From IMG/VR virus record IMGVR_UViG_3300038393_000202, positions 1 through 24,030 of that record: a stretch of 24,030 nucleotides of DNA. One strand, written 5' to 3'. The position numbers and the translations under genes are program-made. Position 1 is the first letter of the stretch; the number at the start of each line of letters is the position of its first letter. The notes beneath the pieces are model-generated. The model had not been told where the DNA came from and made no database searches. It was given only the letters and a program-made list of their open reading frames with translations. Positions 1 to 8,574 of the stretch are shown here, piece by piece. Origin of the DNA: a virus. Lineage: Duplodnaviria > Caudoviricetes.

Positions 1-172
1 CGAGTGCGTTCATCTCCACGGAGCCTGCGGTTACGGTGTTGAGCGTCCGCTTGTAATTGAGGTTGCGGTCGAGGAGGTCGTATCTGAAGGCAGTCCTTCT
101 GTCACCCCACGGCGAATGGAGCGCAAGGGCTACGACTGACGCATCGTAGCCCCCACGGGATAGCGACAACAT
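1..172 (-). CDS. Tail-tip/baseplate hub-like protein, N-terminal part (runs off the window)
   Basis: ATG at 172 with GGAG upstream, 6 nt after the previous stop. Open to the window edge (MLSLSRGGYDASVVALALHSPWGDRRTAFRYDLLDRNLNYKRTL...). Function from position only. Confidence 0.6.
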   Translation of the reverse strand, partial: MLSLSRGGYDASVVALALHSPWGDRRTAFRYDLLDRNLNYKRTLNTVTAGSVEMNAL

Positions 173-178
173 GCACTA

Positions 179-3094
179 TCACACTCCTTCCTCGTAGGCG
201 ACGGCAAACACATCCACCTCGCACCAACCACCCCAACGCTCGTCTGTGATGGGCAACTCTCGGAGGACACCCCACACCTTGCGGCCACGATGGTCACGCA
301 CACAGACCGTGTTCATGCGGTCGAAGAACCCTTCTAGCGCAGAGCGGTCGTCGGTATCGTCTGGGAGTGCAATCCGTACCCGCAGGTTGCGGTCACGCAT
401 GTTGCCGTCGAAGTTGACCACGGGTGCGGTACGACCCACGAAGCGGAACTCGCCACTCACGGTCTTGCGTGTGTCCTGCACCGCCACCTCGCGGAACTGG
501 AAGAGGTGGTACGTGCCGCTTGCGTCGAGCGGGTCGTGGACGTGAAGACCACCAGAGAGCGTCACGCTCGCGCTTGCCACGTTGCTGTCGGTGGCGGTGC
601 CGTTCGCACCTACCGCCGTAACCTTGTAGTCGTAGACCTTGCCACTCGCCACCGCGTAGTCGTCGTACGAGGAGTTCGCTGGCAACTGCGTAGCGATGCG
701 CCCGAACGCGCCACCGCTCTCGCGGCGGTAGAGGTCCACGTACGAGGTCGCAATCGCGCCCACGGGGTTTGTCCACGTCACGCCGATGTATCCTCCATCG
801 TCGTTGCCGAGAGCACCCGTCGTTGCCGCGCTTACGGGGGTGTAACTGACCGTGAACGTGCGTACGACCTGCACGGACGCAACGCCCTTCGCATCCCACC
901 CCGTCAACTTCAACTTGTACGAGCTACCGTTGGCTAGACCGCTGATGTTCACGGACGGCGGGTTCGTTGACGTGACCTTGCCGTAGTCGGTGACAATCAC
1001 ATCGGCGGCGGTCGTAAGCACCCACTGGTAGGCGCTACTGCCCTCGCTCTCGGGATCGCTGATGGTGCCCGTCGCCGTGAACGACGACGATGACACCGTA
1101 GCACCGTCACTCGCTGGGTTGGTGATTGCGGCGGTAGGTTTGGCGCTACACCAGAACGTCGCCAACGTCGAGTACGGTCCAACCACGTCGGAGGAGTCCC
1201 ACGTTCGGACCTTCCATTGGTACTGCGTGTTGTTGGTGAGCGTGCCCGCCGCAAGCGTGTGCGACTGCGTGGACGATGCCACCTTCCCACTGTCGTAGGC
1301 GGTTGTGCCATCGCTCGCCTTGACGATGAGCAACTGATACGACGCCTGTGCGTCACCGTCAGCGTCGTTGTGCGTCCACGTGAACGCGGCAGAACCCGTG
1401 GCGTCGTAGTTGTCGCGGGTGAGGCTGGTCGGGGCGGTAGGGGCTTGGTTGAGTGTGACCGTCTCCGAGTATACGCCAGATGCGCCAACCATGAGGAAGG
1501 GAATCGCGTTGCCTGACTCCACCACTCGCATCGAATGCGTAAGGTTTGTGGAGTAGGCGACCGTCGTCTCGATTGCGCCTCTGTCGGTGACACCACCCGT
1601 GCTTGGGTTCACTACCCACAGACCGGGGTAGCCCGCGTTCGCTAAACCAGTTCCACGCCTGCCGATGACGGCAATCTGCCCTAGTGACGGCACGCCTACC
1701 GCCGCAATCGCACCGTCTCCCGTGACGATGGTGGTGGTAGGTCCAATGTCTGCAACAAGACCCGCCGTGCTCCATAGCTTGCCATCGAGGAGCCAGTAAT
1801 GGGTAGAGAGGCCACTGATGCCTACAGGTGTATTCGTGGCAGTCGCGCCCGACAATAGCACAGCGGGAGCAGAAGAGTCGGCGGGGCGGGTATAGATGGA
1901 ACTACCCGCCATGTAGAGAGCCTTAGCGTTACCAGAAGCATCTACGCTGAACTCAATCCGTGTGCCAGTGACCGGGGAGGGGCCCATCCAACTGGTGATG
2001 CCGCCACCAGTCACCGCGCCTCCAGTGTCCACCGTCCAAGTAAGGACATCTAGGAACTCGTTACTGTCAGTGGAGCGTACCGTCACAAACCCGATGCGCA
2101 AGGTCTTTGTTGACCCAGCCGTTCCCGAGACTACAATCCGCGGGTTTACTCTGGAGAACAAACTGGAGCCGGATTGTATCGTCAGTGCCGTAGATGACGT
2201 GAAGGATAGTCGGTCAGCCGATGGCACCCACCTATTCAACGAAAAGGTCTCGCTGTAATTAGCGCCAACAACGCACCAGAGAACGCCGTCAGCGTCAACC
2301 GTCAGGTCTACTCCGAGCGCCGATACCATGCTTACGCCTGCAATCTTCGTCCATCCGGTGCCCTTGTTGACATAGACTTCGTTGTTCGAGCCGGATGCGG
2401 TGCTGACCGCATAATGCGTCCCGTCGCTCAGTCGTGCGATGCGGTGACCGCTCGGCGTAGAGCTAAACCCCGACGACGCCACCACCAGCGTCGGATCGAT
2501 CACTACCACATCACCCGCCGCGAACCGTTCCGCCAACCACGCAGGGTCAACGCTGATACGCAGAACGCGCGCGTCGTCGCTTACGTGCGGCAGTACGCTC
2601 ACGGTGCCCGTCGTAGTCGTCACCTTCCCCGTCTCGGTGTTGATGGCGCGGATGACGGGAGTAGGCACCAACGCGACTACTTCGCCCGCGAGGTTGCGGA
2701 AGGTGCCATCGCCGTCGAGTGTCAGGTTCTCCAACGTCAGCACCTCGTCGAAGTCGCTGATGCCGGGGTCGGAGTGCAACCACACCTCCTGCTTGGCGCT
2801 GTCACCGTAGAACTTGAGCTTCACGTCCGCCCGCGACGAGATGCGGAACAACGCCATGTTGTCCGAGTAATAGTCGTCCTTCGCTCGACGGATGTACGGG
2901 TGCGATACTGTCACGCTTCCGCCGCCAAACTCCATGCGGTAGACGCTCGCCTCTTCCTCACCCTCGCGCTCGGTTACGTAGACCTTGACGGGTTGGTCAG
3001 TCGCGGTAACGCCCACACGCTTCCACCGCTCGCCAACGGCAGTCTCCACCAACTCCTGCCGCTCTTGCTCAATCGCCGCAACTACTGACGGCAT
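179..3094 (-). CDS. Large minor tail protein with fibronectin-III/Ig-like repeats (tail tip or adhesin), 971 aa
   Basis: Start moved to ATG 3094 (MPSVVAAIEQ), which has GGAGGTGA upstream. FN3-like segments (NQAPTAPTSL..FTWTHND..YQWKVRTWD; YKLKLTGWD; YDYKVTAVGANG), a Ser/Thr/Gly-rich beta region, and position directly after TMP. Confidence 0.75.
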   Translation of the reverse strand: MPSVVAAIEQERQELVETAVGERWKRVGVTATDQPVKVYVTEREGEEEASVYRMEFGGGSVTVSHPYIRRAKDDYYSDNMALFRISSRADVKLKFYGDSAKQEVWLHSDPGISDFDEVLTLENLTLDGDGTFRNLAGEVVALVPTPVIRAINTETGKVTTTTGTVSVLPHVSDDARVLRISVDPAWLAERFAAGDVVVIDPTLVVASSGFSSTPSGHRIARLSDGTHYAVSTASGSNNEVYVNKGTGWTKIAGVSMVSALGVDLTVDADGVLWCVVGANYSETFSLNRWVPSADRLSFTSSTALTIQSGSSLFSRVNPRIVVSGTAGSTKTLRIGFVTVRSTDSNEFLDVLTWTVDTGGAVTGGGITSWMGPSPVTGTRIEFSVDASGNAKALYMAGSSIYTRPADSSAPAVLLSGATATNTPVGISGLSTHYWLLDGKLWSTAGLVADIGPTTTIVTGDGAIAAVGVPSLGQIAVIGRRGTGLANAGYPGLWVVNPSTGGVTDRGAIETTVAYSTNLTHSMRVVESGNAIPFLMVGASGVYSETVTLNQAPTAPTSLTRDNYDATGSAAFTWTHNDADGDAQASYQLLIVKASDGTTAYDSGKVASSTQSHTLAAGTLTNNTQYQWKVRTWDSSDVVGPYSTLATFWCSAKPTAAITNPASDGATVSSSSFTATGTISDPESEGSSAYQWVLTTAADVIVTDYGKVTSTNPPSVNISGLANGSSYKLKLTGWDAKGVASVQVVRTFTVSYTPVSAATTGALGNDDGGYIGVTWTNPVGAIATSYVDLYRRESGGAFGRIATQLPANSSYDDYAVASGKVYDYKVTAVGANGTATDSNVASASVTLSGGLHVHDPLDASGTYHLFQFREVAVQDTRKTVSGEFRFVGRTAPVVNFDGNMRDRNLRVRIALPDDTDDRSALEGFFDRMNTVCVRDHRGRKVWGVLRELPITDERWGGWCEVDVFAVAYEEGV

Positions 3095-3144
3095 ACACTC
3101 ACCTCCACGAATGGCTCTCTCTACATAGGCGGTGGATAGGTACA

Positions 3145-3176
3145 CGAAAAGGCGGCACCCGTCTCCGAGTACCGCC
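3145..3176 (-). terminator. Intrinsic terminator after the TMP gene
   Basis: Minus strand GGCGGTACTCG-GAGA-CGGGTGCCGCC-TTTTCG: 11-bp stem with G.U pairs, GNRA loop and short U tract. Confidence 0.65.
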
Positions 3177-3182
3177 CGTTCG

Positions 3183-6100
3183 CTATACGCGCACCGCTTG
3201 TTGCAATCCGCTGAACAACCGCACAACCTGCCGCTCGATGGTCCCATCGGGCAGGCGAACGTCTACCGTGCCGTAGAACTGCATGGCAGACAACCCGCGT
3301 TGAATCGCCCCGACGAGAGCGCCCATGTCCCACGACGGCATCGACGGCGACGAGCGCATGACGGTTGCCAGCGCCTCCGAGAGCATCGGCACGGCGTACC
3401 GGCGAGGTAGCACCATCTCGTCGTCACCCGCTTCGGCGAGGATGGAGAGGTAGCCGCCACTACGCGCCTTGGCGAATCCGCCTTCCGCCATCATGTTGAT
3501 GCGACCGTTACCTCCACCACCGCCGCCGCCCGAAGGTACAGGCACGGGCGGTAGCGTGACGGTCTTGCCAGCGGTGCCCATGCCACTGAGAGCGGAGTTA
3601 ACCGCGTTGATGGCAGACTGCAACGACGGCAGACCCGCGTTGATGCCGCTGACGATGTTGCCGATGAGCGACGACGCCTTCTTGTAGAACTCAGGGTCGA
3701 GTGCCGCCATCTTCGCCAACTGACCGACGACCTTCTCGTCAACGCCCTTCAACGCTTCGTCGATGGCGGCAGAGGACTCCTCCAAGTCCTTCTTGTTGTC
3801 CTCAAGCGCGGTCTTGCGAGCCTCCATCTCCGACTTGATGTAGGTGAGTAGCGCCTGTAACGCCTCGGTCATGACGCGTTGTTGCTCCTGCAACGCCTCC
3901 TGCTCGGCCTGCAACTTCTCCTTGCGGAGTTCAGCCTCCTTGCGAGCGGCGTCCATCTGGTCTTGGATGGACTCGCGTGCGTCCTGCTTGTCCCACTCGC
4001 GGCGTTGTTCCGCCCACGTCTGCTCCTCCTCCGCAACCTGCTTCCGCAGAGCGGCGAGTTCGAACGGGTCGGTCGTCCACACCATCTGGTCGTGCAGAGC
4101 CTTCAACCGCTTGGTGTGCTCATCGGTTGACTTCTGACGCTCGTCCTGCTTGTCCTGTGCGTCGAGAGCGTCAAGTTGGACCTGCAACGCCGCCAACTTC
4201 GTCTCCAACTCGCGGTCGATGCTCTTGAGTTCGTTGGCGATAGCCTTGAGGCGGTCCTCGGTGGCATCACCAACAGCCTCCAAGTACCCTTCGGCGTTGA
4301 ACGCGAACGACTTGAGCATGGCAAGGTCGGACTTCATCAATGAGGCGAACGCCGCGGGGTCGAGGTCGCCAAGGTCGACGTTCTTGAACGCGGCGAGTGC
4401 ATCGTTGATGAGCGACTGCACACCGCCCATCGACGGCATGGTGGCACCAGTGGGTAGCCCCTGCAAAGCACCGAACGCCTTCTCAAGCGCGTGACGTGCA
4501 TCACCGCGACTGTCACCGCGACCGGCTTCGTCGTAGAGGGTGAGTACGTCTTCGAGCAACTTCACCTGCGCGGCGATGTCCGACTTCTTCTTCTCCAGCG
4601 CCGACGTGATGCGGGAGGTCCACAACTCCTTGAACGCCTTCGCCTGCTCGTCGTTGAGAGCCTTCGTCGCAGATGCCGCCGCGCCCGTCGTGCGGTCCAA
4701 CTGCTCTAGGGCGAAGATGTAGGCGTCAAGGATGATGGTGCCGTCGTCGTACATCTGCTTGAGGTCGTCGAGGCTCTTTGTCAACTGGCGCGTGGCGGCA
4801 TTGTCCTCGCGGGCGAGGTCTGACTTCTCCTTCTGGATGCGTAGCCACTCGGCGGAGTTGCCGCCTGACGTGGCGAGCATCTTCTCCATAGCCGCACCAA
4901 GGTCAGCGTACGCCTTCTTGCCTTCCTCTGACGAGGTGTTGACCTTCGACTGCGCTTCTGCAAGTGCGGTGTAGGCGGCACGGGCGGATTCCGCCTGCTC
5001 GTGGAGTACCGCCTGCTTGTCGGAGAGCAATCCCGCCAGCGCCGCCCGCTCTGTATCAGCCTGCAACAACTCCTCGGTACTCGCACCCTCGCGGGTCAGG
5101 TACGCGATGCGCTCCTTGCGGATGGCGATGTCGCGCTCGATGGCGTCAGAACGGCGACCGATGGCGTCCGTCTCAGCGGTGATGTTGTCAACGATGGTGG
5201 CGATTTTACCCTTGCCGTCATCACCAGTTCCGAACTGACCGGCACCATCACCAGCGCCAGAGCCAGAACCACCGCCACCGTTGAGCTTGTCGAGTTCCGC
5301 GTAGAGGTCAGCGAGGAGCTTCTGCCGCTCAATCTTGCGCTTGTCGAGGATGGACTTCACCGCGCCGTTCATGCGGTCTTCGCTCTCGATGGCGGCGAGG
5401 TAGTGTTGAGCGGCAGACTGCATGTAGCCGTCCGACAGGCTCTTGAGGTCGTCACCCATCCCCTTGAGGAACGGCACCTTGCCAATCGTCTCACCCAAGG
5501 AGGCTGTAAACTTACCAGAGGACTCGAACATCCACCCAAGGAAGTTGTGCCACGCCTTCTTCATCGTCTCAATCACGCCGGTCCACCCAAGGGAGAGCAT
5601 GTCGAAGAACGTGAAGTCTTTCCACCAAGCGGCGTGCATGACATACAGTTCCTTGAGGGACTTCTTGACCTCCTCGATTTGGTCACGGAGAGCCTGCTTG
5701 TAGTCGGCGGTCTGCTTGTCGATCTCGGCGCGCAGGCTCTTGGTCTTCTCCTTCTCGGCGTTGACAACGGTATCAACCGCGTCTTCCGCGAAGTGCGCGT
5801 TCTCCAAGCGAGCGGCAGTTTCCTCGCCAAGTGCGTCCGTCACTTGTTGGATGACCTGCGCCTGCTTGTCCGCCGCACGAGTAACCCCATCAGGGTCGTC
5901 ACCCGCGAGAGCATCTTGCCGCGCCTTCTCCAACGCACGCCACTCGTCAGCGTGCTTCTTGATCGCAAGCACGTTGTCGGCGTGAACCTTTGCCTGCGCT
6001 TCGAGCGAACGGATGGAGCCGTCCATTTCCGACTGCAACTGCGCAAAGGTGTTCTGTAGGCGGTTGACGTTCTTGTCCATGACGTAGATGGCACCGCCGA

Positions 6101-8252
6101 CGATGGCGAGAAGTGCGAGGATGCCCGCGAACTCCACGGCAGACCCGCCCTTAAGAGCGGCGGCAAGCCCACCCGCATCGCGCATAGCTTGAATCTGCTT
6201 GCGCACGCCCATCAGAGACTCAGCCAACCCAAGACCAACCGTGTACTTCATCGCCATGTTCAGAGCGCCGACGCTACCCATCAGCAGACCCGTCGCAATT
6301 GCCGCCTTCCGAAGAGTCGGAGGCAAGTCATTGAACCACTCCACCGCCGAGCGCCCCACATCGACTGCGGCCTTGAACGAGTCGAGCACGCCTCCATCCT
6401 CTGCGAGCGCGTACCCGAACTCTTGGAACGCCGCCTTCATCGACTCGACCTTCTTCGAGGCAGTCTGCATGGTGCGCTCGTTCTCGCGCATCGAGTAGCC
6501 TAGCGCCTGCTCCTGCGTGTTGACGACCTCTTGGACCTGCGCGAAGTTCTTGAGGAGCGCGATGAAGTAGTTGCGGCGGTAGACACCAGCACCCGTCTGC
6601 ATGATGTCGCGCTTCTGAAGGTCCGTCCACTCCTCCAGCGTGCCGGTCGCATCTGCCATCGACTCCGAGAACATGCCCGCGAGGTCTGCCTGCTCCATCA
6701 TCGAGTCCTGCACATCGGTACTCAGACCGTCCCAATTCTTAGCGAGGTCCGAGATGATGTCGTAGACAGGACGCAACTTATCGGTAGCGGCGTCTGCAAA
6801 GGCGGGGATGCCGCTACCTTGCAACGTCTCCAAGAACTTGCCCTTCGACATGTAGGAGATGATGGAGTTAAGCGAATTTCCGACTTCCTTGCCAGAACGT
6901 CCAGAGGCGGTTTTCATCGCCGTCAGCAGACCAATCGTCTGCTCAAGGGTGATGTTGGCGTTTTTCGCCGCACCGGACGAGCGAAGAAGACCATCCACCA
7001 AGTCCTGTGATGTGACGGCGTACTGATCGGCGACGAGGTTAATCTTGTCGATGACGCCCGTGAGCTGGTCGGCTTGCAAACCCCACTGAGACATGATACC
7101 GATGAGCGACTGAGTGGCTTGCTCCGCATCAAGTTCAGCTGTGTTGAGAGCCAACAACGAGGCGCGAGTGAGTTCGATGCTCTGCTTCACGTCGTAACCA
7201 GCCTGCGCCCAACGGAGCATCACGTCATGGACATCTTGGAAGGAGAACCCGAACTCCTGTCCTAATTCAAAGATAGCCTTACGCATGTCTTCCAACTTGA
7301 ACAGCGGGTCTTCCATAACGCGCCCAAGTTCAATCATCTTCATCTCGATGGAAGAAACGTCGTCGATGCCAGCCCGTATCGCCTGCATACCACCGAATGC
7401 CACGGCCCCAGTAAATAGCCAATCCAACCTGCGATTCAGCATAGAACTGAAACGTCCACGCTGATCGGCGGCGAGAGTAGACACTTGCGCGGCAATCGCC
7501 TTTGTCTCCGCTTGGTTCGCCGCGACCTGCTTGACCTGCTCTGCGGTCAACTGCTTTCCGAGCGCAATCTGCTCCTGATATTCCTTCGTCTCTTGCCGCA
7601 AGACGGCAAGCCGGTCCTTGATAACGCCATCGCCGACGCGCTCCATTTTGATGCGCGACTGAATGGCGGCGAGTTGTGCCTCCAGTTGCGGAAGCGACGA
7701 CTCGGACGCGCCGCGCACCTTGTCAGCGGCGGCGGAATCGGCGGCTTGCTTCTTCGCTTCGGCGGCTAGTTGCTTGTCAACGGCGAGTCCGTGAGCAAGA
7801 CGCTCCGTTTCCCGTTGCGCGTCCTGCTTCGCCTTCTCTGCCCATGCCGCGTTGACTTCCTTGGCGGTTCGCGCCTCTTCGGTAGCGCGTTGCTTGTCCT
7901 GCGCCGCCTTCTGCGCCCACATCTGCTCACTTTGTTGGATGCGCTCCTTCTCGGCGTTTGCCATCTCGCGCTCTACGGCGAGACCGTGTTGCAAACGTTC
8001 CTTGTCGCGTGCCGCATCTTGCCGTGCCTTCTCTGCCCACATCGCTTGTGTCTGCTTAACAATCTTGGCATCCTGCGCGGCCTTCTGCTTCCACGCAGAC
8101 TCCATCTCCTTGGCGACACGAGCGGCTTCCTTGCCCTGCTTGTCAAGGTTGCGCACCTCGTCAGCAAGGTCTTTGACAGACTTCGCGGCAAGGGTTGTAT
8201 CGAGTTGAATCTTGCCGATAATCCGGGTTGACGCATCATCACGTTCAGGCAT
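3183..8252 (-). CDS. Tail tape measure protein, 1689 aa
   Basis: Very long Ala/Gln/Glu/Lys-rich helical protein with a TP901-like core (GYDVKQSIELTRASLLALNTAELD...INLVAD...SGRSGKEVGNSLNSI), hydrophobic segments and a C-terminal MAEGG..LAEAGDDEMVLP motif. G-rich RBS upstream. Confidence 0.93.
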   Translation of the reverse strand: MPERDDASTRIIGKIQLDTTLAAKSVKDLADEVRNLDKQGKEAARVAKEMESAWKQKAAQDAKIVKQTQAMWAEKARQDAARDKERLQHGLAVEREMANAEKERIQQSEQMWAQKAAQDKQRATEEARTAKEVNAAWAEKAKQDAQRETERLAHGLAVDKQLAAEAKKQAADSAAADKVRGASESSLPQLEAQLAAIQSRIKMERVGDGVIKDRLAVLRQETKEYQEQIALGKQLTAEQVKQVAANQAETKAIAAQVSTLAADQRGRFSSMLNRRLDWLFTGAVAFGGMQAIRAGIDDVSSIEMKMIELGRVMEDPLFKLEDMRKAIFELGQEFGFSFQDVHDVMLRWAQAGYDVKQSIELTRASLLALNTAELDAEQATQSLIGIMSQWGLQADQLTGVIDKINLVADQYAVTSQDLVDGLLRSSGAAKNANITLEQTIGLLTAMKTASGRSGKEVGNSLNSIISYMSKGKFLETLQGSGIPAFADAATDKLRPVYDIISDLAKNWDGLSTDVQDSMMEQADLAGMFSESMADATGTLEEWTDLQKRDIMQTGAGVYRRNYFIALLKNFAQVQEVVNTQEQALGYSMRENERTMQTASKKVESMKAAFQEFGYALAEDGGVLDSFKAAVDVGRSAVEWFNDLPPTLRKAAIATGLLMGSVGALNMAMKYTVGLGLAESLMGVRKQIQAMRDAGGLAAALKGGSAVEFAGILALLAIVGGAIYVMDKNVNRLQNTFAQLQSEMDGSIRSLEAQAKVHADNVLAIKKHADEWRALEKARQDALAGDDPDGVTRAADKQAQVIQQVTDALGEETAARLENAHFAEDAVDTVVNAEKEKTKSLRAEIDKQTADYKQALRDQIEEVKKSLKELYVMHAAWWKDFTFFDMLSLGWTGVIETMKKAWHNFLGWMFESSGKFTASLGETIGKVPFLKGMGDDLKSLSDGYMQSAAQHYLAAIESEDRMNGAVKSILDKRKIERQKLLADLYAELDKLNGGGGSGSGAGDGAGQFGTGDDGKGKIATIVDNITAETDAIGRRSDAIERDIAIRKERIAYLTREGASTEELLQADTERAALAGLLSDKQAVLHEQAESARAAYTALAEAQSKVNTSSEEGKKAYADLGAAMEKMLATSGGNSAEWLRIQKEKSDLAREDNAATRQLTKSLDDLKQMYDDGTIILDAYIFALEQLDRTTGAAASATKALNDEQAKAFKELWTSRITSALEKKKSDIAAQVKLLEDVLTLYDEAGRGDSRGDARHALEKAFGALQGLPTGATMPSMGGVQSLINDALAAFKNVDLGDLDPAAFASLMKSDLAMLKSFAFNAEGYLEAVGDATEDRLKAIANELKSIDRELETKLAALQVQLDALDAQDKQDERQKSTDEHTKRLKALHDQMVWTTDPFELAALRKQVAEEEQTWAEQRREWDKQDARESIQDQMDAARKEAELRKEKLQAEQEALQEQQRVMTEALQALLTYIKSEMEARKTALEDNKKDLEESSAAIDEALKGVDEKVVGQLAKMAALDPEFYKKASSLIGNIVSGINAGLPSLQSAINAVNSALSGMGTAGKTVTLPPVPVPSGGGGGGGNGRINMMAEGGFAKARSGGYLSILAEAGDDEMVLPRRYAVPMLSEALATVMRSSPSMPSWDMGALVGAIQRGLSAMQFYGTVDVRLPDGTIERQVVRLFSGLQQAVRV

Positions 8253-8267
8253 GTAAACACCCCCCCT

Positions 8268-8313
8268 ACAAAGCGAAGGAGTAGGTACTACCGTACCTAC
8301 TCCTTCGCTTTGT
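8268..8313. terminator. Perfect 21-bp inverted repeat (weak bidirectional terminator or RNA-processing stem)
   Basis: ACAAAGCGAAGGAGTAGGTAC (8268-8288), loop TACC, GTACCTACTCCTTCGCTTTGT (8293-8313). The hairpin is certain; its function is inferred. Confidence 0.6.
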
Positions 8314-8336
8314 GGGACTGCGCCTTAAGGCTCGCC

Positions 8337-8422
8337 GCCAAATAGAACCGCGCCTCGCCAGTCCTGTCCATCCCTGACCCCGCCATACCACGCCTTTGCC
8401 GTACCGCGCCTTGCCTCGCCTC
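8337..8422 (-). repeat. (NN-GGY)n pentamer array B, putative gapped guide RNA
   Basis: Minus strand GA-GGC GA-GGC AA-GGC GC-GGT AC-GGC AAA-GGC GT-GGT AT-GGC GG-GGT CA-GGG AT-GGA CA-GGA CT-GGC GA-GGC GC-GGT (8422-8347): 15 units, 12 GGY, one extra A. Then in-register TC-TAT TT-GGC. Confidence 0.9.
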
Positions 8423-8484
8423 GTTAGCCTATCTCCTCAGCGGTAGGAGGCTACCCTACCGGACTCCCCGAAGGGAGTTTCGAT
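8423..8484 (-). ncRNA. Type II hammerhead ribozyme HH2 with pseudoknot
   Basis: Minus strand ATC-GAAA-CTCCC-TTCG-GGGAG-TC^-CGGTAGG-GTAGCCT-CCTACCG-CTGAGGA-GAT-AGGCTAAC. Complete core (CUGANGA, GAAA, GUC), stems I-III, and loop I TAGCCT pairing with 3' AGGCTA. Predicted cut between 8462 and 8461. Confidence 0.9.
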
Positions 8485-8574
8485 GCCGCGCCAGACCGTG
8501 CCTTTCCATTCCCCGCCCATCCTGACCTTGCCAGACCATGCCCCGTCACGCCAAACCCCACCTTGCGGTGCGAC
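8485..8574 (-). repeat. (NN-GGY)n pentamer array A, putative gapped guide RNA
   Basis: Minus strand GT-CGC AC-CGC AA-GGT GG-GGT TT-GGC GT-GAC GG-GGC AT-GGT CT-GGC AA-GGT CA-GGA TG-GGC GG-GGA AT-GGA AA-GGC AC-GGT CT-GGC GC-GGC: 18 units in exact 5-nt register (12 GGY, 3 GGA, 2 CGC, 1 GAC). Confidence 0.9.

Noticed and set aside
179-3094. Diversity-generating retroelement target in the tail protein
   Set aside because: No reverse transcriptase or template/variable repeat pair visible in the window.
3095-3247. N-terminal extension of the tail protein in the ORF track
   Set aside because: Overlaps the TMP end and a terminator; ATG 3094 has a strong RBS.
5001-6059. 352-aa plus-strand ORF and similar long antisense ORFs (e.g. 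11447-12253, 16650-17477)
   Set aside because: Antisense shadows expected from GC-rich codon bias in the minus-strand structural genes.
7065-8240. Arrays as exact self-targeting guides
   Set aside because: Matches to the resident TMP are only 22/30 and 20/36 bases, which fits a homologous foreign target or decayed guides better. Weak self-binding is not excluded.
8314-8346. Third ribozyme after array B
   Set aside because: A hairpin and a GTC are present, but there is no GAAA before it or CUGANGA after it, and I could not build an HDV-like fold.
8337-8574. Ordinary microsatellite
   Set aside because: Only three of five positions are constrained and NN rarely repeats between neighbours, unlike slippage repeats. 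The tracts are bracketed by ribozymes.
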